Shown here: positions 57,601 to 64,000 of the stretch, in pieces | Position numbering within the stretch: position 1 is the stretch's first letter | Layout of the letters: the number at the start of each line of letters is the position of its first letter | Assembly (NCBI GenBank): GCA_021108075.1 | Contig: JAIORP010000068.1 | Coordinates: 10,594 to 74,593 of the forward strand | Direction of reading: 5' to 3' | From: Candidatus Omnitrophota bacterium | GTDB lineage: Bacteria > Omnitrophota > Gorgyraeia > Zapsychrales > Zapsychraceae | DNA: 64,000 nucleotides | Program-made: the position numbers and the translations under genes | The notes under the pieces: model-generated | The model's database searches: none | Seen by the model: the letters and a program-made list of their open reading frames with translations, nothing else | What the model was told of the DNA's origin: nothing

Positions 57601-58003
57601 GTTTATAACCAATCCCGCTGCAAGCGTCTCGAGGATTCGAACGGCTTTGCTGGATTCTGCCACTGTGACAGCACTTTCAGCTTCGGTTTCAGCGTCGACT
57701 CTCGAATGGCTTCATCTTCTTTCGGCAGAGCACGGGACTAAAGCCGTTTCACCTCCGCAGTGCGCAAGATTTCGGTTGGAAGCACCCAATGAGGTGAAAA
57801 CTCTTCATGCGCGGCAACTATCGCCGGGTAGTTCCATTGTTCTATGTTCGACCGACACTCGGTTTAAGGTTGAAGTGAAAGCGACCGAACAATTGCCCTT
57901 CGACAATTTTGTAAACGACCCCCGTTTTATCTTCGCCCGAGATGGCGACGTTTGGGTTCAACAGTGCCGAGACCCCCGTATCGATTATTTAAGTATGGGA
58001 TGA
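54638..58003 (+). CDS. hamB: HamB-like SF2 DExH-box helicase (Hachiman component)
   Basis: Motif I TSAGKTR. Motif II VIDEGH. Helicase C-like block TTTLGQGVNI. 1121 aa. Confidence 0.7.
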   Translation: MSLSAQNARILMQSMRTQRIQNLVAQSKAKQVLREVREVPANFPRFESDLDDRVTFIAYGLLAAGCSLIERNETAEGYMELYAAADILESAHRTEIANHQASALHCLIGAMAFYACGQYSRAFVLIKNLEAVTPSAGIIASFLRKDRTRLIDKLNEVLLAPVPVFNEKSQFDDWALTICVARSLSIATEHAISGQPELLAIADTILRDAMTISVGASHPAFWWLARLLRLMLKDYGNGALWSVLPPFFGPEGKAQVDSYVKLLAFQKPPVIELWQSQTVALQLALNSQNRGGVINLRTSAGKTRVAELAILHTLWADPNAKVLYLAPFRSLAFELERTFSKTLAPLGYSVSHLYGGSRFSGVDRELFNEGHITIATPEKTKAMLRASPELFKPVKLVVIDEGHLLGGNERNVRNEMFLEYLRLLARVRGARILLLSAVLPNAEDLAAWVGGAPDALVKSSWKPSAERRGIIQWRKTGVTIEWLGDERCFNPHFIEFKKVPHVTPKGKIKSRAFPKNKTEAVAATATRLAALGPVLIFAGQAQWVPSMVRAVLLSLGPEAPVHRWPDTEWRLLDAVCREELGDDSLEITAARLGVVCHSNKLPPHVRIALEKLMAKHPPRIIVATTTLGQGVNIRISSVIVATTFIGANLQISKRDFWNICGRAGRAFVDGEGKILFAIDGTRSAWNVKTDEATAANYFDIVNIDQVESGLLHVVKYMHTIAANVGIPFATLLEMAANDNFDRCGENRVNVEGVMDWIDDQLLALHVEYKGDAPELTVDWVDDAFRDSLAAIQERARREPDHDDQLINFLKARVAGVQRKVPSPEARRAVISSGLPLSVGILAFNQLDVFREMVDRYLASETDADALGEMVTEFETWARQHAKIIVKGMPEQEQLDKIRPQWLDGGSLRKIVETCGDDATGICTGLYGYQLPWLFHSVAQKLDKLAEENRIEAFAKVGLLVELGLPTEAAAKVFLAGVRSRVAAVELSRFITNPAASVSRIRTALLDSATVTALSASVSASTLEWLHLLSAEHGTKAVSPPQCARFRLEAPNEVKTLHARQLSPGSSIVLCSTDTRFKVEVKATEQLPFDNFVNDPRFIFARDGDVWVQQCRDPRIDYLSMG

Positions 58004-58138
58004 CTATAGGGGAGATTTTAGGGACATGCCTGAATGTTGAAATGTGATGTAGCAAAAATATTACAAACATTGCCCAACAAGACAATCCAGCGGGCGTCTT
58101 ATAGCCGCCGCTGATTTTGGCGTTATGAGATACAAATA

Positions 58139-58546
58139 ATGTTGAAAATTTATAATAGATTTGTCCCCATGGGCATCATCATTTGGTGTGTCCTTTTTGT
58201 AATTATAAATTTGTTCGTAATAATAAATTCAATTTATCAAGCATTTCGAGCAAGTGTGCCCCACTTTCTGTTTGCGCTCATTCCTGTAGTTTATGTAATT
58301 GTTTTGCTGGGATTTATGATTTTACAAGTATTGTTGGGTGGTAATGATTGCAGAAAATACTCTATTTATTGGTGCTTTTTTTGTTTGCTGGGAATTTCTG
58401 GAAGGTTTTGGGCGGGGCCACCATCGGATTTACTGGAATTAAGTATAACGAATGTATTAAAATTCTTGCCTATCATTGTATTTAATGTTAGTTTTATTAT
58501 TTATTTTTTGTTGCCAAGTATAAAAAAGTATTTTAGAAATCATTAA
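58139..58546 (+). CDS. small hypothetical membrane protein (4 predicted TM helices)
   Basis: Hydrophobic ORF in an AT-rich region. Confidence 0.4.
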   Translation: MLKIYNRFVPMGIIIWCVLFVIINLFVIINSIYQAFRASVPHFLFALIPVVYVIVLLGFMILQVLLGGNDCRKYSIYWCFFCLLGISGRFWAGPPSDLLELSITNVLKFLPIIVFNVSFIIYFLLPSIKKYFRNH

Positions 58547-58617
58547 TCTCATAACCAGCAGATTGAGCGGGCGTCAGGACGCCGCTCATCTGCCAGCGTT
58601 ATGAGAAATTAAAAATT

Positions 58618-58956
58618 ATGAATCACCGTATTCAAATACTTCGTGACGTATACAAATTTTACAATGAGAAAGGCCCTGGCAACTATGGGCTTGCACACAC
58701 ATTTCCAAGCTTTACAACGGGAGATGAAAGATATTTGGCAGCTCTCAACCAACTTCTACGAGAAAAACTGATCCTCGGTGTTTCTATGCCGGACAATAGT
58801 CATGAAAAAGATCAAATGGCGATTGGGCTTAACCCAGATCGTCTTAACAATATCAGAAAGGAATTGTCTCCATGGCACATGGATCCTAAGATAGTTATAC
58901 CTATTATTGTTGGAATGCTAGGCCTCATATGGGCAGTTGTCAGCAAGTTGTTTTAA
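58618..58956 (+). CDS. small hypothetical protein with C-terminal TM anchor
   Basis: ORF with a C-terminal hydrophobic helix (IVIPIIVGMLGLIWAVV). Confidence 0.4.
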   Translation: MNHRIQILRDVYKFYNEKGPGNYGLAHTFPSFTTGDERYLAALNQLLREKLILGVSMPDNSHEKDQMAIGLNPDRLNNIRKELSPWHMDPKIVIPIIVGMLGLIWAVVSKLF

Positions 58957-59155
58957 AAGGTCTACCCAGCCGTTCAACATCAAGAGGATAAACGGAGGAT
59001 AGCGGGGTGAGCCTGTTGAATGTTGGAACTAATTGACAAAAAAGATATAGAAATTAAGAGGCGGATTAGCTTTCGGTGGAAAATATGGAAAAATTATATG
59101 TTCCTCGACAAACGAAATAAAAAAGAATAAAATAAAAAGTCATAACGAAGCAATC

Positions 59156-59203
59156 CACCTGACCTTTTCCCGCGCCAAAATCGGTATGGGAAAAGGTCAG
59201 GTG
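59156..59203. repeat. 16-bp perfect inverted repeat overlapping the annotated start of the 59186 ORF
   Basis: CACCTGACCTTTTCCC-16 nt-GGGAAAAGGTCAGGTG followed by ATTTTTA. Confidence 0.6.
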
Positions 59204-59698
59204 ATTTTTATGTTAGAAGGCACCATGGTAAAAATAGAAAACAGGGTTGAGAAATATGCTTTTTTGAGGTTGTATGATCATGACCTTGAAATGGCAATAC
59301 AAACGATAATGGTTCTACGCAGATATCGTAGAAAAGATGTTAGATTTCCATTGTTAAGGGATATCGTTGTTACATATTGCAGGCCATTTACAGAGAGTCG
59401 AGGGGACGGAATACACAAAGATTTTTTTGGAGTAAAAAAATTCGAAAACCCTGAGATGAAATCGTTTCACAAAAAGCTTTTGAATTTAAGAAGTGAACTT
59501 TTTGCGCATACAGATTTTACATTTAAAAAGCCACAAATAGCAAATTGGTCCAACGGCGACAAAAAATGGTTTCCCATGGCATTCAAGGGTTTTAGCTACG
59601 AAAAGCTTGATAGCGAATTACCTAATATAATCAATTTTATAAAATACGTACAAAAAGATTTAACCAAACAAATTAATGAATATGAGAAAAGCTTCTAA
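59186..59698 (+). CDS. hypothetical protein
   Basis: ORF. ATG 59186 lies inside a 16-bp perfect hairpin, so ATG 59210 is the more likely start. Confidence 0.4.
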   Translation: MGKGQVIFMLEGTMVKIENRVEKYAFLRLYDHDLEMAIQTIMVLRRYRRKDVRFPLLRDIVVTYCRPFTESRGDGIHKDFFGVKKFENPEMKSFHKKLLNLRSELFAHTDFTFKKPQIANWSNGDKKWFPMAFKGFSYEKLDSELPNIINFIKYVQKDLTKQINEYEKSF

Positions 59699-59783
59699 CA
59701 AGGCTTTTGCAGCGGAGCGCAAAAAGCCGCGCCCGCTGAAAAGCGACGTTGCAGGAAAATAAACAATTAAAAAGGTTGGATAG

Positions 59784-61673
59784 ATGCCGGGACTGCTTGG
59801 AATTATTGATCATCAGAAAAAGTTGGGCGTCAGCAGGATTGAGGAATTATTAACGCTAATGTCTCGTTCCCTGCAGCATGAAGATTTTTATCACACCGCA
59901 CAGTACGTCCGTGAAGAATTCGGCATAGCCAGAATTAGTAAACAGAAGGCGCGAGACGTTCGCGATAAATTTCCTGCCCCCCAGGATAATAATCTTTTAT
60001 TTTTTTACGGTGATCTCTATGTTTTTAATGGAAAGGATGTATTGGGCGATGCTTATCTGAACGATTTCCATAGGGACCTAACCCGGAATTTCAGCAAAAC
60101 AGTCTCGAATATCGATGGAGACTTCCTTTTTGTCTATTACAATTCTCAAGAGAAGAAATTATGCATCGTGAACGACATTACGTCGTCTATACCTGTTTAT
60201 TATGCTGTTGTAGACGAGGTCCTGTATTTTGCCCCAGAAGTAAAGGCCCTGCTTAAAATTCCTAGTCTTGATAAACAGATCAATTTTACAGGCCTGGCCC
60301 AGTTTCTTTCTTCAGGCATGGTCTATTCAGGCAATACTTATTTCAACAGTATCAAAGCTTTGATGATGTCGACCGTCATGTCTGTGCACTTTCCTTCCCA
60401 TAAAATAGTCCAAGCCCCATACTGGTCTTTTAATTTTGATGAAACGGTTAAAGATAAAGGGATGTCCTGTTACGCAGAGCCCCTCGCTGACCTGATTAAT
60501 AAAGCGATCAAGAGACGCGTTCGGGATAATACGGCTAAGAGAATAGGCGTCTTTCTTAGTGGTGGATATGATTCGAGGACGATCTTAGCTGCCTGCCTTC
60601 AAAATAATGTCCAGGTTGAAACGATCACCCACGGAGTCGAGCAACAGAAGCCTTTTTCAGACGCGCTTATCGCTAAGGAATTGTCAGATAAGCTCGGTAT
60701 AAAAAATCATTTTCATAAATTGATCCCAAACGACATGCAACACCATCTTCAGGATGTGGTCTATCGTACTGACGGATTAACGGATCAAGTGGGCAATTAC
60801 CCCAGCGGCCTGGACAATCAACGCCAGATGAGAGAAAGTTTTGATGTGGTTCTACGCGGTGAGGAATTATTCGGCTGGCAGGGGGGCGTATTCAATGAAG
60901 ACGATGCCTTGGCAAGTTTTAACCTTGTCCCTTTGCCGAACAAGTACCGTTCTATTTTAGGTGAGAAACATTTCCCTGGAATGAGGCAGGCGTCAGAGGC
61001 TGGTCTAAAGAATATTTCAAAAAGATGTGGTTTAAAGGATTTAATGAATCGAAAAGATCTTTATGTCTTTGCGCAAGGCGTTCCACATTTCTGGGGCATT
61101 TTAAATTATTTTAAGAATATGGTCATTGATATCCGAAATCCATTGTGGGATAAAGACCTCTTAACCTTTATAGCTAAATTACCTCCTCAATACAGGATTT
61201 ACAGAAATCTCTTCCGCAGAACTGTCCGGACGGCATATCCCGACATATTCAGCATAGAAGGAGCCAAGAGTTCTAATCTTCCCAATTGGACAGAGAGTTA
61301 TAGGGATCATCCGGATTTGCGTGCGTATATCCGCAGCAATTTAATTGATTCTTCTAATCCCTTTATTGAAGAATTGATAAATAGAGAAGGCCTTAATATT
61401 TTTGTTTCAAAATTTGAAGAGGCAGCTTTAAATTGCGCGCAAAAGTCAACAGGGTTGTCTGTGAAGGCATTTCAATCCTCTTTCAGATGGAAAGACCTTT
61501 TACCCACAGATTTTAAAACCTTTTTGGCCCACCTCATCAAGAGTAACTATATTCCTTATAAGATGGCATTGCCTTTATTTAAAAATAAAAAGATAACCGT
61601 GAGTTGGTTAAGGGACGATGTTGTTATGATGAGGTTATTGGTTTTGAAGCATTGGAGTGATTTGTTTATTTAG
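59784..61673 (+). CDS. asparagine synthetase B-like amidotransferase homolog lacking the N-terminal Cys nucleophile
   Basis: N-terminus is MPGLLGI where AsnB has MCGI. AsnB-like N-domain (DGDFLFVYYN) and PP-loop VFLSGGYDSR. Confidence 0.75.
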   Translation: MPGLLGIIDHQKKLGVSRIEELLTLMSRSLQHEDFYHTAQYVREEFGIARISKQKARDVRDKFPAPQDNNLLFFYGDLYVFNGKDVLGDAYLNDFHRDLTRNFSKTVSNIDGDFLFVYYNSQEKKLCIVNDITSSIPVYYAVVDEVLYFAPEVKALLKIPSLDKQINFTGLAQFLSSGMVYSGNTYFNSIKALMMSTVMSVHFPSHKIVQAPYWSFNFDETVKDKGMSCYAEPLADLINKAIKRRVRDNTAKRIGVFLSGGYDSRTILAACLQNNVQVETITHGVEQQKPFSDALIAKELSDKLGIKNHFHKLIPNDMQHHLQDVVYRTDGLTDQVGNYPSGLDNQRQMRESFDVVLRGEELFGWQGGVFNEDDALASFNLVPLPNKYRSILGEKHFPGMRQASEAGLKNISKRCGLKDLMNRKDLYVFAQGVPHFWGILNYFKNMVIDIRNPLWDKDLLTFIAKLPPQYRIYRNLFRRTVRTAYPDIFSIEGAKSSNLPNWTESYRDHPDLRAYIRSNLIDSSNPFIEELINREGLNIFVSKFEEAALNCAQKSTGLSVKAFQSSFRWKDLLPTDFKTFLAHLIKSNYIPYKMALPLFKNKKITVSWLRDDVVMMRLLVLKHWSDLFI

Positions 61674-61836
61674 GATGCTGGATGCCTGAGGGCTGAATTA
61701 GAAAAATCGTAGACGCTGTATCCATCCCCATGTAGCAGGCAGATGCAAATATAGTACGGGTAAAGCGAGATTGATGTTCAATCTTTATTTACGGGGGCAG
61801 GATTGTATCATTGTTGGAACTGGATAAGGAGGCATT

Positions 61837-62757
61837 ATGAAAGCATGGAAAATATTTGGAATGTTGACAATCTGTCTGTTGCTGAGTGGAACGTGTGACG
61901 CTGAACTGGTCGGATATTGGGATTTTAATGAGAATGCCGGAACGATAGCGCATGATAAATCAGATTATCATAATGATGGAACGATAGATATGCTGGGGAC
62001 TGTATGGACTGAGGGTAAATACGGATCAGCTTTAAAATTTTTAAATAATAGCCATGCCGCCGTCGTGGTTCCAGACGTTAATGATTCGTTGGATTTAGCA
62101 TCAGAGTTTTCAATTATGGCTTGGATTCAGATAAACGGTGTTACTTCCAGTGGTTTTATCATTTTATCTAAACATTATCCATGGTCTTGGTGGAGTTACT
62201 ATTTAAGTGTTAGTGCTTCCAACTTTCTGACTGCTTTTAAATTTGGGGCGGGTTATGGACATGGATTAGAAACCCAAAGCTTGACTGCACCTGAACAAAA
62301 TGTATGGATTCATGTGGCCTGTACGTATGACGGGTATAAAATAAAGCTTTATTATAACGGAGTTATCGACCAGGAACGTTATTTGTATAAAGCCGTTAAT
62401 GAACAAACGGATGGTCCGTTTTCTATCGGAGGAGGTGTTAGTGGATCTGAAATAGAAGGGCACCATTTTAAAGGGGACATAGATGAAGTCAGGGTGTATA
62501 GCCACGCGTTAACTGATGAGGAGGTTGTTATTGCTATGCATAGTCAAGGGATTAACAACGGGCAGTCTCCAGTTATAGTCATCGAAGAAGAATTTGTAGA
62601 AGCAGATGTCAATGAAGAAGTTATCCTAAGCGTAGAAGACTCTTACGACCCGGATGGTGATCTGATCTTCTATCGATGGACAAGATTACCGGAAAATGAA
62701 GTCATTTGTTTTTCCCCCCGCTCCAACATGCTCTGTAAAAGGCACAGGCAAAGTTAA
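61837..62757 (+). CDS. secreted LamG/concanavalin-A-like domain protein with PKD-like repeat; 3' end probably frameshifted
   Basis: Signal peptide. LamG-like pattern (hydrophobic core, WIHVACTYDG, DEVRVY). DPDGDLIFYRW is PKD-like. The ORF continues in the +1 frame after the C6 tract at 62714-62719. Confidence 0.55.
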   Translation: MKAWKIFGMLTICLLLSGTCDAELVGYWDFNENAGTIAHDKSDYHNDGTIDMLGTVWTEGKYGSALKFLNNSHAAVVVPDVNDSLDLASEFSIMAWIQINGVTSSGFIILSKHYPWSWWSYYLSVSASNFLTAFKFGAGYGHGLETQSLTAPEQNVWIHVACTYDGYKIKLYYNGVIDQERYLYKAVNEQTDGPFSIGGGVSGSEIEGHHFKGDIDEVRVYSHALTDEEVVIAMHSQGINNGQSPVIVIEEEFVEADVNEEVILSVEDSYDPDGDLIFYRWTRLPENEVICFSPRSNMLCKRHRQS

Positions 62758-63037
62758 GGATTTAATCAAAGTTGAAGCTTTTGATGCTAATGGTAACTCA
62801 TCCGAGGATCAAGTGACGATTGTCGATCGCTTGGCGGCTTTTTTATACTTTCAAAGTCAGCAGTAGATGAAACGACTTATTAAATCTATGTTTAAGAATA
62901 ATTTATGTATAAAGTAGACGCAGTATTAATCGTATTGTCAAAGAACAAACTCAGTCGACTCTTAAGTCTCAATCGGTACTAATGATGGGGTGAGTTCCAT
63001 GCCGCAAAGGATCAGCCCCGGATGATCACAAAAGCGT

Positions 63038-64000
63038 ATGGGAAAATATAAACCTTACCTAATCCCTTTCTTTATTTTCTTTATCAGCTTCATTATTCGG
63101 TTTTCGTTAATCAGCAAAGGGCCTTTTCATTCAGACAGTCTGCGCCTGCTGATCAGCGCCGAACAATCCCTTCAGGAACACAAAATTATCTATCTCCATG
63201 GCCACGGGTATCCTTTGACTGCGATTATGGGAGCATTTTTTGCCGGATTGGCTCGTATGCTGGGATTTCAGAATCCGCAATTCTTGCTCAATTTCATGAG
63301 TGTCTTATTCGGGGCACTAGTGGTTTTTCCCGGCTATGTCTTCCTTAAGAATTTTTTTGATGAGAAAACGGCCATTTTTACCATATGTTTATTAACATTC
63401 AGTCCCATTTTGTTATCGACATCCATTTACGGCAACAGCCATAACCTCTCCCTGTTCCTTTTCCTCTTATCACTCTGTCTATTCGGCAGATACCTGCAAA
63501 TCCCCTCTCTGAAAATTCTGCTAGGGGGAGCGTTGATTTTTGGATTGTTTGGAGCTTCCCGCGTTCAGGACTTTATGACCATGGTCATTCCGGTCTCCTA
63601 CCTTTATTTTGTTTTCGGGCCATTACCACAAAATGTTCGAGTCAACGGCCGGTGTGGAAAACTTCTGCGCTACGTGACAGCCGCGTTTATCAGTGTCTTA
63701 ACTGTCATTGTCTTTTATATCCCGCTGCTTTTAGAACGGGGTCAGGAATACTTTGGCGCAACATTTAAATACAACATCACAGATTCCTTTCGCTACCTGA
63801 TCTCACCTTACCATATGGGTAGAAGTTTCGGTTATCTCTTCAACAACTTCAATACCATTGGCTTATTGGCCTGTTTTTTCGGATTCCTTTATCTCCTGAT
63901 CAAAGATTACCGGCGCTGCGGTTTCATTGTGCTTTGGTTTTTGATTCCATTTATGTTTTTTGGCAATCATGCCATGACAGCTCCCCGCTGGCATCTGCTT
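63038..64000 (+). CDS. GT-C family (GT39/ArnT-like) membrane glycosyltransferase-like protein, 3'-truncated by window edge
   Basis: ATG 63038. Multi-TM protein. Frame open to the end of the window. Confidence 0.55.
   Translation, partial: MGKYKPYLIPFFIFFISFIIRFSLISKGPFHSDSLRLLISAEQSLQEHKIIYLHGHGYPLTAIMGAFFAGLARMLGFQNPQFLLNFMSVLFGALVVFPGYVFLKNFFDEKTAIFTICLLTFSPILLSTSIYGNSHNLSLFLFLLSLCLFGRYLQIPSLKILLGGALIFGLFGASRVQDFMTMVIPVSYLYFVFGPLPQNVRVNGRCGKLLRYVTAAFISVLTVIVFYIPLLLERGQEYFGATFKYNITDSFRYLISPYHMGRSFGYLFNNFNTIGLLACFFGFLYLLIKDYRRCGFIVLWFLIPFMFFGNHAMTAPRWHLL

Noticed and set aside
45318-58003. An integrase or recombinase gene within the three cassettes
   Set aside because: No ORF in the cassettes shows tyrosine-recombinase (R..HxxR..Y) or serine-recombinase features. 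The only mobility gene is the IS630 DDE transposase, which does not perform tRNA site-specific integration.

Overview
This is a low-GC bacterial segment in which every supportable gene lies on the + strand. It has five parts.

(1) 1-0.85 kb: the 3' part of a serpin gene.

(2) 2.2-33.9 kb: an unusually dense radical-SAM enzyme cluster of unknown product. It holds five class-B (B12-binding) radical SAMs, four SPASM/twitch-type radical SAMs (one fused to a B12-rSAM) and a MiaB-like enzyme. Tailoring enzymes are a DUF362/ferredoxin, SDR epimerase, PP-loop ATPase, FemAB-like and PaaK-like enzymes, a SAM methyltransferase, NodB-type deacetylases, an FAD oxidoreductase, an SGNH hydrolase and GT-C-like membrane proteins. 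The cluster forms two paralogous modules and carries decayed copies: a B12-domain fragment, a deacetylase pseudogene and an ISL3 remnant.

(3) 36.7-44.9 kb: two giant paralogous signal-peptide proteins with conserved N- and C-terminal caps and different cores. One core is a full-length phosphoglycerate-kinase-like domain; the other contains an HExxH motif.

(4) From 45.2 kb: a tRNA-Asp(GTC) followed by a tandem array of three integrase-less cassettes. Each cassette opens with a conserved ~400-bp leader: an intrinsic terminator, a conserved core, and a consensus TTGACA-17-TAGAAT promoter firing into the cargo. A conserved ~150-bp trailer ending in a tRNA-3'-like core (CCATCCCC|G) closes the first two cassettes.
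- Cassette 1 cargo: an IS630 copy plus a P-loop ATPase fused to a PD-(D/E)xK nuclease-like domain.
- Cassette 2 cargo: an FkbM methyltransferase.
- Cassette 3 cargo: a TIR-domain protein plus a GC-rich Hachiman-like HamA/HamB pair.
- After the Hachiman pair come small membrane proteins, an AsnB-like enzyme lacking the Cys nucleophile, a LamG/PKD secreted protein with an apparent homopolymer frameshift, and a GT39-like protein running off the window.

(5) A palindromic ~90-110 bp MITE/REP-like repeat family occurs at least seven times in intergenic gaps.

Candidates for novelty are the modular tRNA-linked defense-cassette array, the ATPase-nuclease fusion, the TIR protein, the radical-SAM supercluster and the PGK-containing giant proteins.
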